DNA from: a virus
Virus record (IMG/VR): IMGVR_UViG_3300045996_002876
Span: 42,315-106,314 of that record
Direction: 5' to 3' (one strand)
DNA length: 64,000 nucleotides
The position numbers were made by a program, and so were the translations under genes. Each line of letters begins with the position of its first letter. Position 1 is the stretch's first letter. Positions 1-9,630 of this stretch are shown here, piece after piece. Under the pieces are notes generated by a model, which was not told where the DNA came from, did no database searches, and worked only from the letters and a program-made list of their open reading frames with translations.

Positions 1-64
1 GCGTCGACGACCTCGGCAAACGTGATCTCCTCGGCCTGGTCGCCGGCCTCGATCAGGTACAGGT

Positions 65-337
65 TCATTCCTCGTCCCTCCTCAGGAGTTCCAGGGCCTC
101 GACGCCGGACTCGGGGAACCAGACCTTGCCGTCGAGGATCTCCCGCTCGGTGAGGTCCGGGTTGACCTCCCACTCTTCGTGGGGCCAGACCTTGACGTAC
201 CAGTCCGGCTCGGCGGGGGTCGGCCGGGCGACGGCCGCCACCACCCCGACCAGGCTGACGAACCGGCGGCCGGCCGGGCTCGAGGCGGTCCCGGTGATCC
301 GGACCTCGTCGTCCGGCCTGAGGTCGGCGAGTTTCAT
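65..337 (-). CDS. Hypothetical protein (SH3-like)
   Basis: ORF with ATGA overlap to upstream gene; beta-rich pattern. Confidence 0.65.
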   Translation of the reverse strand: MKLADLRPDDEVRITGTASSPAGRRFVSLVGVVAAVARPTPAEPDWYVKVWPHEEWEVNPDLTEREILDGKVWFPESGVEALELLRRDEE

Positions 338-711
338 TTCAACCCTCCGGCGTCCAGTATCGAGGCCAGGGCCGCTCGGCAGATAGCCTCCCCGGGGGTA
401 GTCCCATCAGCCCCGTCCCCTACGGTCGGGAAGGAGGGGTCCCCGGTCTTGGCCCAGAACTCGGCGGAGAACGCGAGCCCCGTCTTCCGGAGGTCCATGT
501 CGAACCCGAGTTCGAACATGCGTTCGGCCACATCCCACCAATTTTTGTGGAGCGGGTGGTCGTAATAAGGGACCGAGTAGTGCTTGGCTCGAAACTCCCC
601 GGTCGGCCACCAGTCGCCGTTATTAAATTCGCACGTGGCCCCCATGACGCCGCGGAAGACCGCGGCGTGCAGGTCCCGGCCGACCAGGCTAAAGATCTCG
701 TCCCGCGTCAT
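334..711 (-). CDS. Phage ABA-sandwich / BC1872-like protein
   Basis: C-terminal GTTPGEAICRAAL and VPYY..WWDVAE pattern typical of this family (recalled). Confidence 0.6.
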   Translation of the reverse strand: MTRDEIFSLVGRDLHAAVFRGVMGATCEFNNGDWWPTGEFRAKHYSVPYYDHPLHKNWWDVAERMFELGFDMDLRKTGLAFSAEFWAKTGDPSFPTVGDGADGTTPGEAICRAALASILDAGGLK

Positions 712-983
712 TCCACCCTCCCGTTGAGTTCCAGGGCCAGCCGAATATTCGTCTCGTCCACCTCCGCCTGGGTCGGCGGCGGGCCGTCGTCCGCGTGCCA
801 GCGGTACCCACAGCCCCGCCGGAGGGCGTCCTGGAAGGTCAGGAGGGCGTACTGGACGACCGCCCAGTGGCGGGCAGTGATCGGGCCGTGGGGCCCGGCC
901 CCGTCGTGGGGGACGCTTACGGCGTCCCCCACGGCGCGCAGGTAACCCGTCCGTGGCGTGGTCAAGGGCGGGCCCTCAGTCAC
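708..983 (-). CDS. Hypothetical protein
   Basis: Overlap-coupled ORF in co-oriented block. Confidence 0.55.
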   Translation of the reverse strand: MTEGPPLTTPRTGYLRAVGDAVSVPHDGAGPHGPITARHWAVVQYALLTFQDALRRGCGYRWHADDGPPPTQAEVDETNIRLALELNGRVE

Positions 984-1287
984 AGTAGGGGGTGATGAAC
1001 ATGGCGTACTTGCCCTCCAGGCCGGGGACGGTGGCGAGCTCGTACCGGCCGTCGTAGTAGGCCTGCATGGCCTCGTACTTCCGGGCGGCCAGGGAGTCGT
1101 CGTCCGGGTCTCGCACGGCCTGGAAGTGCCCCCACTTCCCCTCCCGGTCGACGACCCGGACGAGCTCGACGTGGTAGGTGGCCCCGAACAGCTCGACCCG
1201 GCCGAGCCAGGTGTCCCCGGCGTCGTCGGTCGGGTGGAGGCCCTCGAGCATGAACCCGACGGCGAGCGGGGCGAGGGGGGTGGTCAC
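976..1287 (-). CDS. Hypothetical protein
   Basis: GTG at 1287 overlaps stop of upstream gene; normal composition from VTTPLAP onward. Confidence 0.65.
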   Translation of the reverse strand: MTTPLAPLAVGFMLEGLHPTDDAGDTWLGRVELFGATYHVELVRVVDREGKWGHFQAVRDPDDDSLAARKYEAMQAYYDGRYELATVPGLEGKYAMFITPYCD

Positions 1288-1565
1288 TTGCGTCTCCAGA
1301 ACACGTGCCCGACGAAACTCCCGCCGAGGAGCTGGTAGCTCCCCAGGTAGTCCCCCGGGTGGTCCTCGATCGGGTGGCCGGTCCCGTGCGTCCGGAGGAC
1401 CAGGGTGGCCTTCTGGCCGGCGGCCCAGTTCGACGTATCGACCCAGGCCCACAGGCACGGGGTGTCCCCCTGGGCCTGGACGCACAGGGGAATGGCCCCG
1501 TACGGGACGACGACCTCCTGGTAGTCCTCGACGGCCAGGGGGAACTTCCAGACGGCGGTGGTCAT
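1284..1565 (-). CDS. DUF7352-like phage protein
   Basis: WKFPL...P.GA..L.VQ.Q....LWA.VD...GTGH...YLGS.Q....VGHVF pattern. Confidence 0.65.
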   Translation of the reverse strand: MTTAVWKFPLAVEDYQEVVVPYGAIPLCVQAQGDTPCLWAWVDTSNWAAGQKATLVLRTHGTGHPIEDHPGDYLGSYQLLGGSFVGHVFWRRK

Positions 1566-2571
1566 TCACGATCTCCTTCATCCAGGCCCCACTCCCGGAT
1601 GACCCTCTCGGCATGCTTCTTCAAGTCCGGGGCTTCCCACCCGTCATTTACAAGGGCCGTCAAAACCAGGAGACAGTCCTTGGCTTCCCGCGTCGACATC
1701 GCCTCGATTCGGGCCGTCCAATCATTCTTCATGCCTCGCCCCTCCCCCGCTCGCGGGCCATCTCCCGCAGGGTCACCAGGGCGTGGGCGGCGTCGCAGTG
1801 GGCGTCCCAGTACCGGTGGTCCCGGATCGGGAGCTCGCCGGTGTCGGCGTCGGGGGCCTTGCACGGGGCGACGACGATCAGGTCGGCCGCCTCCCGGTTG
1901 ATCAGGTCGATGGCCTCGGTCAGCTTGTCAGCGAAGGTCACGCCACGTCTCCTGTTTCCGGCGGCGGCGGATAGGCGATGTCCAGGGCGATCCGGAGCTC
2001 GGCCCCGGTGAGGACCACGACCCGCCCGTCCGCCAGTTTGAACTGGCCCCGCCGGTTCAGCTCGTCGTAGTACGAGAAGGCGTCCCCGTAGGTCCGGGCG
2101 GCCCAGTCGCTCATCCGTCCCCAGGAGCGGATCTTCATCCCGACCTCCCGGAGGACCTCGTTCTCTTCGTAGAAGGTCATCCCCGCGCGTCCTCCAGGGC
2201 CCGCCGGAGCCCGTCGTTGGTCATGAGTTCGTCCACGCACTCGCCCAGCCGGTCCGGGCCGGCGTCGAACCGCTCCCGCCACTTGTCCAGCCGGCGGATC
2301 AGGCCGGCGTCGGCGTCCCGCGGGCTGACGGCCGTCCGGCGGGCGGCCGCCCAGTTGTGCAGGACCGTGCCCAGGTGGGCCAGCATGTCGGGGCTCATTC
2401 GTCCTCCAGCTCGATGACCACCGGGCACCAGGCGTTCGGGTCCTCCAGGTACCCGGCGATCCGCTCGAGGGCCCGCCGGCGGATCAGGGCGTACCCGTCG
2501 ACCGAGTCCGGGTCGGTCCCGGCCGGGACGTCGACCTCGACCCCGGCGTCCAGGTAAACAACAGCTTTCAT
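1562..2571 (-). CDS. Run of five small hypothetical genes (1562-1732, 1729-1941, 1938-2180, 2177-2398, 2395-2571)
   Basis: Successive 4-nt ATGA/GTGA overlaps. Confidence 0.6.
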
Positions 2572-2966
2572 CCGGCCTCCACCCAGGTGTGCCAGTCGGA
2601 AATCCGGACGAACGCCAGGGGGAGCTCCTTGGCCGGCGGGGTCGCGTCCGGGTCGATCACCCCGTACAGGCCGACCCCGAGGATCCAGTCGTCGGCCGCC
2701 GTCGAGCACCGGCCGGGCCGCTCGTCCTCGTCCCCGGTGTAGATCAGGACGGCCCGGGGGCCGCTCCCGTACTTCTCCCGGAGGCGGGCGAGGAAGCCCG
2801 GGTTGTCGTCCAACATCCGGGTGGCGACCTCGGACGGGAAAGCCCCGTCTTCGCCCTCCGCCTCAAGCCGGGCGGCCGACTCCCGGTACAGGGCGTCGGC
2901 GGCCGCCTGGTCGTCGTCCTCCAGGACCACCCCGAAGGCCACGTTCGCAAAGTAGTCGGTCGCCAT
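2568..2966 (-). CDS. Hypothetical protein
   Basis: 132-aa ORF with normal composition. Confidence 0.7.
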   Translation of the reverse strand: MATDYFANVAFGVVLEDDDQAAADALYRESAARLEAEGEDGAFPSEVATRMLDDNPGFLARLREKYGSGPRAVLIYTGDEDERPGRCSTAADDWILGVGLYGVIDPDATPPAKELPLAFVRISDWHTWVEAG

Positions 2967-3077
2967 GCGGGACCCCCAACGGGCGAGAGCCAGGCCCGCC
3001 GACGCGGTCCTGGCTCTCAGGAAAGATACTTGAAAAATCTTAGACCGGCCAGGCGAAAACCCGGGCGGACACTTTGG

Positions 3078-3812
3078 TCAAATGTTCAGCGGCCGGTACT
3101 CGCCCGAAAGGATCCCGTCCCAGAATTCTTTCTCGGCCGCCCCCAGGGCGGCCACCAGGTCGGCCAGGGGGGCGTCGTACCCGAGGGTCGCGCCGACCGT
3201 GTCCGGGGTGACGTGGACGAGGGCCACCCGCTGGCCCGGCGGGAACTTGTCGTGGAAGGACTGGTACCAGCAGGAGGTGGCCCCGGTGACCAGGAACTGG
3301 TGGAGGAGCTGGGCCTTGTAGTTGGCCGGGACCCGGCCGTCCAGGGCGTCCCCGTGGGACTTCTGGTTGGGGGCCTTGATCTCCAGGAAGGCCCGCCGGC
3401 CGGCGTGCCACCCGTCCAGGGACACTTTCAGGTACTCCCGGCGGGCGTGGTGGCCGCACACCGGGGGCATGGCCACCCCGGTCAGGGCCTCGAACTCGGC
3501 CCGGGCCACCGGCTCGAGCTTCTTCCCGCGGTTCTTGGCCGAGTCGTTCTTCCCCTCCCGCTCGGCCATGGCCGCCCGGATGGCCTGGAACTGGGCCGAC
3601 GAGATGGGGGCCCGGTGCCCCCAGTACTCGACCAGCTTCTCCTGGAACAGCTGCTCCCGCGTCTTCCACGGGGACTCGCCCAGGAGGGCCGGGGCGTCGG
3701 ACGACCCGAGCCCGGTCTTCCGCCAGTCGAGCCAGGCGTCGGACGCCTGGTCGAGGTCGACGATCTGGAAGTGGTCGTGGCCGAAGGCGTCGGCCGGCGG
3801 GTGGTAGGCCAT
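3078..3812 (-). CDS. YqaJ-like viral recombinase / lambda-exonuclease family
   Basis: W..WRK.GLGSSD, G..LEP.AR, SLDG, LEIK and Y..QL.HQ motifs. Confidence 0.9.
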   Translation of the reverse strand: MAYHPPADAFGHDHFQIVDLDQASDAWLDWRKTGLGSSDAPALLGESPWKTREQLFQEKLVEYWGHRAPISSAQFQAIRAAMAEREGKNDSAKNRGKKLEPVARAEFEALTGVAMPPVCGHHARREYLKVSLDGWHAGRRAFLEIKAPNQKSHGDALDGRVPANYKAQLLHQFLVTGATSCWYQSFHDKFPPGQRVALVHVTPDTVGATLGYDAPLADLVAALGAAEKEFWDGILSGEYRPLNI

Positions 3813-3856
3813 GCGGGGCGGCGGGGGTTGGGGGCCCCGCCGCCCGGCGAGACGGG

Positions 3857-4309
3857 TCAGCGGGCGGGCGGGGCCTTGGGGGCCTTGGGGTCCTGGATCA
3901 TCTTGGCCATCTCGGCCTCTTGCGAGCGAGCGTTCTCAAGATGCTCCCTCAGATTCTTACCCAGGATGTCAACCACCACCCCGGCCGGCGAGTGGCCGGT
4001 CAGCTTGGACGCCTCGAACAGGGCGCTCCTCATCCACGGGGGGAGGGCCCCGACCTCGATGGCGTCGGCCCGCCCGGACGCCTCCTCGACGGCCAGGGCC
4101 GTCTCCAGGAGGCTCAGGACGGTCCGCGAGAAGGACCCCTTGGTCCGGTCCTTGACGGACAGGACCCGCCGGAGGAGGTCCTCGTGGCCGTCGAACATGA
4201 TCGACTTGGTGGTCTGGAGCCCGTCCTCGTCCGGGCCGTGCGGGCCGCCGGCCCGCGGGGGCGGGGGGCTCATCCGGGGGTGGGGCGACTTCTTTTCGGT
4301 CATGATCAT
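3857..4309 (-). CDS. Putative regulator with two tandem ribbon-helix-helix-like units
   Basis: KSIMFDGHEDLLRRVLSVKDRTKGSFSRTVLSLLETAL and IEVGALPPWMRSALFEASKLTGHSPAGVVVDILGKNL both fit the strand-helix-G/S-helix RHH pattern; divergent from the replication operon. Confidence 0.55.
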   Translation of the reverse strand: MIMTEKKSPHPRMSPPPPRAGGPHGPDEDGLQTTKSIMFDGHEDLLRRVLSVKDRTKGSFSRTVLSLLETALAVEEASGRADAIEVGALPPWMRSALFEASKLTGHSPAGVVVDILGKNLREHLENARSQEAEMAKMIQDPKAPKAPPAR

Positions 4310-4414
4310 CGGGTCCCCGTCGGGTCAGGCGACGGCTCCAGTTATAGTCCGGGCGTGGACGACGTGTCCAGGCAAATCCCGGGCCGCGGCCGGCCGAAAC
4401 GACCCTCGGGGCGG

Positions 4415-4430
4415 CAAAGTGTACACTTTG
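4415..4430. promoter_or_regulatory. Perfect 16-bp palindrome CAAAGTGTACACTTTG at the divergent strand switch
   Basis: Read directly from sequence. Confidence 0.7.
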
Positions 4431-4457
4431 GCATGTCTGGAATCTCAAGAATTATCC

Positions 4458-4485
4458 TTGACTCTCCAGAGCGGCCGCGTATCTT
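4458..4485 (+). promoter_or_regulatory. Sigma70-type promoter of the replication operon
   Basis: TTGACT-16 bp-TATCTT; predicted TSS falls at about the GTG at 4492 (leaderless). Confidence 0.6.
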
Positions 4486-4491
4486 ACCCGT

Positions 4492-4797
4492 GTGAGCTAC
4501 CTATCCCCCGGCGACCGGCCCCCTGGCGGGGGCCTGTGGCTCGCCGACGAGTTCCTCTGGGACTGCCTGCCGCGGCTGACCCCGCTGGCCGCCTACGTGT
4601 ACCTGGCCGTCGGCCGGCACGCCTCGAAGTACCAGTACCCGACCGTCCGGGAGCTGGCCGTCGAGACGCTCCGGAGCGAGGCCCTGGTCCGCCGGGCGGT
4701 CGACCAGCTGGCCGCCCAGGGCCTCCTGAATTCCTCGGACCTCGCGGTCATCCTCCGCCCGACCACCCCCGGTGAGACCCCCGATTCCCATGAGTGA
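4492..4797 (+). CDS. Winged-helix HTH protein
   Basis: L..LA.YVYL......YPTVRELA.ET..SE..VRRAV.QL...GLL pattern. Confidence 0.7.
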   Translation: MSYLSPGDRPPGGGLWLADEFLWDCLPRLTPLAAYVYLAVGRHASKYQYPTVRELAVETLRSEALVRRAVDQLAAQGLLNSSDLAVILRPTTPGETPDSHE

Positions 4798-5779
4798 GCA
4801 GTCCCCTTCCCAGTCCGCCCCGGGCGCCATTCAGAACCCGCCCGAAACTGTCCAGACCCCCGCCCCGCTGGCCGTCGCCGTCGCCGCCGCCCCGCCCCCG
4901 GTCGTCCTCCCGGACCGCCCGTTCAACGAGGCCACCGCCTCCCTGGTCGAGCTCAAGGAGGTGGCCCGGCTGATGGCCGCGTCCAGCCAGTTCAAGGACG
5001 TCCAGGCCAACAACCCGGCCACCGCCTTCGCCAAGATGATGGTCGGGCGGGACCTGGGGATCCCCATGACGCGGGCCCTGGTGGACGTCCTGATCATCCA
5101 GGGGAAGCCGACCCTGTCGGCCAACCTGATGGCCGCCATGATCAAGAAGTCCGGCCGGTACAAGTACAAGAAGCTGGCCCACACCGACCAGGAGTGCCGG
5201 ATCCAGGTCTGGGAGAAGGTGGACGGGGTGTGGGAAGACCTGGGGGTGTCCGAGTTCACCCTCAAGGACGCCGAGAAGGCCGGCCTGCTGAAGAACCCGA
5301 CCTGGAAGAACTTCCCGAAGAACATGCTGTTCAGCCGGGTGATCTCCAACATCGCCAAGCAGGAGTGCGGGGACGTGTTCCTGGGGAGCGTGTACACCCC
5401 GGACGAGCTCGACGCCTCGATCGAGGTGGACGAGGGCGGCGACCCGGTCCTGCCGAAGGCCCAGGTGACCCGCGTCCGGAACAACGCGGCCCAGGAGGCC
5501 CCCGCCTACGTCCCGGAGTGCCCATCCCCCAAGTTCACCACGCGGGAGAAGGACATGGAGGTCACGGACGCCGAGATCATCGAGGCCCCGGCCGGGGAGG
5601 AGACCGTCCACACGGTGGCCGCCGAGGTCGAGGCCCTGGCCGCCCAGACGGCCTGGGACCTCAAGGGGTTCCTCAAGCAGCACCGCCTGACCCGGCTGAC
5701 CAGCCTCGACCTGACCAGCCTGAAGAACACCCGGAACAACCTCCGCCAGCGGAAACTGGCCGGGGCCGCCGGGTCCTGA
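4790..5779 (+). CDS. RecT/Redbeta-like single-strand annealing protein
   Basis: IIQGKPTLSA.LM, FT..DA.KAGL, W..FPK.ML..R and YTPDEL motifs; YqaJ partner nearby. Confidence 0.8.
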   Translation: MSEQSPSQSAPGAIQNPPETVQTPAPLAVAVAAAPPPVVLPDRPFNEATASLVELKEVARLMAASSQFKDVQANNPATAFAKMMVGRDLGIPMTRALVDVLIIQGKPTLSANLMAAMIKKSGRYKYKKLAHTDQECRIQVWEKVDGVWEDLGVSEFTLKDAEKAGLLKNPTWKNFPKNMLFSRVISNIAKQECGDVFLGSVYTPDELDASIEVDEGGDPVLPKAQVTRVRNNAAQEAPAYVPECPSPKFTTREKDMEVTDAEIIEAPAGEETVHTVAAEVEALAAQTAWDLKGFLKQHRLTRLTSLDLTSLKNTRNNLRQRKLAGAAGS

Positions 5780-5840
5780 CCAAAGTGTGACCCTTTTTTG
5801 TCGCCCCCTTACCATCGCCCCGACCGAGAGAGAAGCCTTC

Positions 5841-6374
5841 ATGTTCGAGCCTGTTGACCGCCAGCCCTACCGGGCCGAGATCACCGACCAGGGGACGACG
5901 GAGTCCAAGGACGGGACCCCGATCGTCAAGATCTACTGTCGGGTCCTGGGCAAGCCGGGGGCGAGTGACCCGGACGCCCTGGTCGACCCCCTCCCCCACG
6001 GCCAGCGGCCGGAGGTCGAGGTGGTGACCTTCCTGAACGAGAACGACGCCAACTGCGGGTTCCGGGTCCGGGACCTGGTCGAGAACCTGGGGTGGGACCC
6101 GGCGACCGGGCTGGAGGCCCTGGACCCGCGGACCGAGGGGTACCTGAACGTCGTCGGCCGGATGGTCACCATCGCCCCGGCCGTGAAGGGTGAGAAGACC
6201 TACTGGAACTTCTGCCGGACCGAGCGGAAGCTCAAGCGGTTCGTCGGGGACAAGCCGCTCGAGAACCTGAAGGCCAAGAAGGCCGGGATCCTCCAGCGGT
6301 ACCTGGACCTCCAGAAGAAGAAGGACGACGCCCCGGCGATGGCCGGGGCCGGCGAGTCGGCCATCCCCTTCTGA
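5841..6374 (+). CDS. Putative ssDNA-binding protein
   Basis: Between annealase and primase; OB-like beta pattern (Y.A.ITD...ESKDGTP); C-terminal IPF tail. Confidence 0.55.
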   Translation: MFEPVDRQPYRAEITDQGTTESKDGTPIVKIYCRVLGKPGASDPDALVDPLPHGQRPEVEVVTFLNENDANCGFRVRDLVENLGWDPATGLEALDPRTEGYLNVVGRMVTIAPAVKGEKTYWNFCRTERKLKRFVGDKPLENLKAKKAGILQRYLDLQKKKDDAPAMAGAGESAIPF

Positions 6375-6400
6375 AAAACAGTTCGCCCATACCACTGAGT

Positions 6401-6438
6401 AGCCGACGGGGCGTGCCTCCAGCACGCCCCGTCGGCTT
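6401..6438. terminator. GC-rich intergenic hairpin without U-tract
   Basis: agccgacggggcgtgc-ctcca-gcacgccccgtcggct inverted repeat. Confidence 0.4.
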
Positions 6439-6455
6439 CTCCGGAGCCTTTCGGC

Positions 6456-8948
6456 ATGAGTCACGAGGTCCCGGCCCACGTCGCCGGGCTGTTGGCGCGA
6501 CTGAGCAACGTCAGCGAGCAGGGGTCGGGGTGGGTGGCCCGGTGCCCGTGCCCGGGGCATTCGGGCGGGAACGGGGACCAGCACCCGTCCCTCCGGGTGG
6601 CCGTCGGGGAGACGGGCCGGGCCCTGGTCCGGTGTCGGACGGGGTGTGAGACCGACCAGGTCCTGGCCGCCGTCGGCCTGTCCTTCCAGGACCTCCTCCC
6701 GGCCGGGGGGGAGGCCGCCTACTTCCGGACCGCCCGCGAGGCCAAGGTCCTCCGCGAGGACGAGGCCGCGGCCCGCGACCGGGCCTACCGGGCCATCCTG
6801 GACCGCCTCGAGCTCGAGCCCGACCACCTGGCCCACCTGTTCGGGCGGGGCCTGGACACCCGCCAGGTCGAGGCCGCCGGGTACAAGTCGATCCGGGCCG
6901 GGACCTTCCTGGCCGCCTGCAAGGCCGTCAACCCGAGTTTCGACCCGGCCGCTTACGACGGCCCGGTCCCCGGCCTGCGGCTGGCCGGCAAGGACACCCT
7001 GTGGTCGGGGCTCCTGGTCCCGGTCCGGGACCCCCTGGGGCGGGTGGTGGCCCTCAAGGTCCGCCGGTTCGCCGGCGAGCCCCGGTACTGCTACGTGTCC
7101 GACCCGGAGGCCCCGAGCGGGGCCCCGTGCCACTGGCCCGAGGTCGGTCACCCGGACTGGCGGGAGAACACCGTCCGGGTGACCGAGGGGGAGCTCAAGG
7201 CCGACGTGGCCACCCTCAAGTCGGGGACGCTCACCCTGAGCGTCCCCGGCGTCGGGAACTGGAAGCCCCTGATCGACCAGGTCACCCGGCGGTTCCGGGA
7301 GGGCCTGTTCGAGCTCACCTTCGTCGTCGCCTACGACTGGTGGGACGTCCGCGAGAAGGAGGGCGTGCGGGCCCAGGCCAGGGCGTTGTTAAACGCCCTG
7401 GCCGGCCTGGGGGCCCAGGTGGCCCTCGAGTACTGGCACCACCGGGAGTACAAGGGCGTCGACGACCTCCTGGCCGCCGGGCACACCCCGGACCGGGTGG
7501 ACGGGCTGGAGAACTGCCTGGCCCTCCTGAACGCCCTGGACCCCAGGCCCCTGGGGGTGGCGTGCGTCAAGGTGGTCGAGGAGGACGACCTGCCCGACCC
7601 CGAGGACCCGTGCGAGTTCCCGGTCAACGTGTTCCCCCCGCGGGTCCGGGCCTTCGTGGAGAACGTCTCGGAGGCCACGGACGCCCCGGTGGACTTCCCG
7701 GGGTTGGCCACAATTGTTGTTGGGGCGACGGCCCTGGGGGCGGCCCGGCGGATTAACATCAAGCCGGGGTGGTACGAGAGCCCGATCTTTTATTCCGCCG
7801 TCATCGCCCCGCCGGGGGCCAGTAAGTCGCCGGCGATCAACCGCGTCCAGCGGCCGATGGTGGCCCGGCAGGCCGAGCTCCTGGCCCAGCACGACCAGGA
7901 GGTGGCGGCCTGGCGGGCGAACGACGGGGAGAAAAAGAAAACCCCGCGGCCCGTGGCCCGCGAACTGTTTACGTCCGACCCCACGGTCGCCGCCCTGACC
8001 GCCCTCCTGGCGGCCAACCCCAAGGGCGTCCTCCTCTCGATGGACGAGATCCTCGGGTGGGTCCGGAGCTTCAACCAGTTCAACCAGGGGGGCAACGACC
8101 AGCAGTTCTACCTGACCCTCTGGAACGGCCAGTCCCTGAAGGTCAACCGGAAGACCGGGGACAACCCGATCACGTTCGTCAAGTACCCGTACGCGTCGGT
8201 CCTCGGGGGCATCCAGCCCACCCGCCTGAACGAGCTCGCCGAGGGCGGGAGGAACGAGGACGGCTTCCTCAGCCGCTTCCTCCTGAGCTACCCGGAGGTC
8301 GGCCCCCTGGCCTACTGGGAGGAGTCCGACTTCGACGGCCACCAGGAGGAGGAGGTCCTGGCCTCCGGGTGGGCCCAGGTGTACGACCGGCTCGTCGGCG
8401 TGCCCCTGTCCGGGGGAAACCCGGGGGTCGTCTACCTGGCCCCGGAGACCAGGGCCCAGACGGTCCGGTGGTACAACGAGCGGATCGTCGACCGCATGCG
8501 GGACCCGGCGTTCCCGTCCTATCTGACCGGCTTCTTCCTCAAACTCCGCGCGTACTACTTCCGGTTCGCGCTCACCCTCGAGTACCTGTGGTGGGCCGAG
8601 CAGGGCCAGGGGGACCCGCCCATCACGGTCTCCCGGCGGAGCCTGACCCTGGCCGCCGCCCTGTGCGATTACTTCGTCTGCCACGCCTACCGGGTGGCCG
8701 GGTACTCGAACCCGTCCGAGGAGTTCGCCCAGGTCGAGGAGCTCGTGCGGTGGTGCTGGGGGGGTCGGAAGAATGGCCGCGTATCGGCCCGCGCCATCTG
8801 CACGTCAAATAACCCTCGCCTTCCGACCCGGATGACCGAGGCCCGGGAACTCATGATCATCGCCCAGCAGTACGGGAAGGGCACCCACCACAGTGAGTTG
8901 GACGGGACCAAGGACGTCTTCGTGGCCTCCAAGCCGGAGGGGAAATGA
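6456..8948 (+). CDS. Primase-helicase (Zn-binding + TOPRIM + DUF3987-type P-loop)
   Basis: CPCPGH...CRTGC; TEGELKAD and KGVDD; APPGASKSP Walker A-like motif, SMDE and DGFLSRFL. Confidence 0.85.
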   Translation: MSHEVPAHVAGLLARLSNVSEQGSGWVARCPCPGHSGGNGDQHPSLRVAVGETGRALVRCRTGCETDQVLAAVGLSFQDLLPAGGEAAYFRTAREAKVLREDEAAARDRAYRAILDRLELEPDHLAHLFGRGLDTRQVEAAGYKSIRAGTFLAACKAVNPSFDPAAYDGPVPGLRLAGKDTLWSGLLVPVRDPLGRVVALKVRRFAGEPRYCYVSDPEAPSGAPCHWPEVGHPDWRENTVRVTEGELKADVATLKSGTLTLSVPGVGNWKPLIDQVTRRFREGLFELTFVVAYDWWDVREKEGVRAQARALLNALAGLGAQVALEYWHHREYKGVDDLLAAGHTPDRVDGLENCLALLNALDPRPLGVACVKVVEEDDLPDPEDPCEFPVNVFPPRVRAFVENVSEATDAPVDFPGLATIVVGATALGAARRINIKPGWYESPIFYSAVIAPPGASKSPAINRVQRPMVARQAELLAQHDQEVAAWRANDGEKKKTPRPVARELFTSDPTVAALTALLAANPKGVLLSMDEILGWVRSFNQFNQGGNDQQFYLTLWNGQSLKVNRKTGDNPITFVKYPYASVLGGIQPTRLNELAEGGRNEDGFLSRFLLSYPEVGPLAYWEESDFDGHQEEEVLASGWAQVYDRLVGVPLSGGNPGVVYLAPETRAQTVRWYNERIVDRMRDPAFPSYLTGFFLKLRAYYFRFALTLEYLWWAEQGQGDPPITVSRRSLTLAAALCDYFVCHAYRVAGYSNPSEEFAQVEELVRWCWGGRKNGRVSARAICTSNNPRLPTRMTEARELMIIAQQYGKGTHHSELDGTKDVFVASKPEGK

Positions 8949-9271
8949 GAGCCCTGCCCCGGCTGGTGACCCGGCTGTGCATGATCCACGACGCCTGGGT
9001 GGTCGGGTCGGCCGCCCAGCCCGGGGCCGGCGAGGTCCGGGACTACGACGTCCTGGTCCCCTGGCCCCGGTGGAACGAGGCCGCCCTCCTGGTCCCCCGG
9101 GACGCCCGCCCGAACGCCTTCGGCGGGTGGAAGTGCAAGGACGTGGACGACACGCTGGGGCGGGTGTTCGAGGTCGACGTGTGGCCGGACGACCTCGGGC
9201 GGTTCATGACCTGCGCCCTGGCCGCCCACGCGTGGCACCCGCGGTCGGGTAGCCGGCTCGCGAAAGTGTAA
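8945..9271 (+). CDS. Minimal Pol-beta-superfamily nucleotidyltransferase
   Basis: VVGS...RDYDVLV...EVDVW catalytic pattern in 108 aa. Confidence 0.6.
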   Translation: MRALPRLVTRLCMIHDAWVVGSAAQPGAGEVRDYDVLVPWPRWNEAALLVPRDARPNAFGGWKCKDVDDTLGRVFEVDVWPDDLGRFMTCALAAHAWHPRSGSRLAKV

Positions 9272-9274
9272 CAC

Positions 9275-9427
9275 GTGTTCCTGGACGACGAAGTTTGGCG
9301 GCTGTTCGCGTCCGACGCCGGGCCGGGGGTCCTCTGGTCGGCCGCCCCGGCCCTGCTCGTGTTCGTCGTCCCCGTCCTGGCCCTGCTGTGTGCGGTCGTC
9401 TGGGAGTGGCTTACCGGAGGCCCGTGA
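9275..9427 (+). CDS. Small membrane protein
   Basis: GTG start and hydrophobic helix ALLVFVVPVLALLCAVVW. Confidence 0.5.
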   Translation: MFLDDEVWRLFASDAGPGVLWSAAPALLVFVVPVLALLCAVVWEWLTGGP

Positions 9428-9630
9428 TGGACGAGGTCGACTACCCGTGGGACCGGCCGGAGGCCCTCCTGAAGCGCCTTCTCGGCCTACTGGACGCGTC
9501 CCGGACTGGGCGAGTCGGGTCCGAGGCGGGGCCGAACGGGGTCCACAAAGGCCTCCTCGAGTTGGAGCGGCGGGGACTGGTCCGGAGGGTCGGGAAGGGG
9601 AAGGGGGTTGTCTGGTGGGAAAAGGTCTGA
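9427..9630 (+). CDS. Small wHTH-like hypothetical protein
   Basis: TGATG coupling; L.ELERRGLVRR motif. Confidence 0.55.
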   Translation: MDEVDYPWDRPEALLKRLLGLLDASRTGRVGSEAGPNGVHKGLLELERRGLVRRVGKGKGVVWWEKV

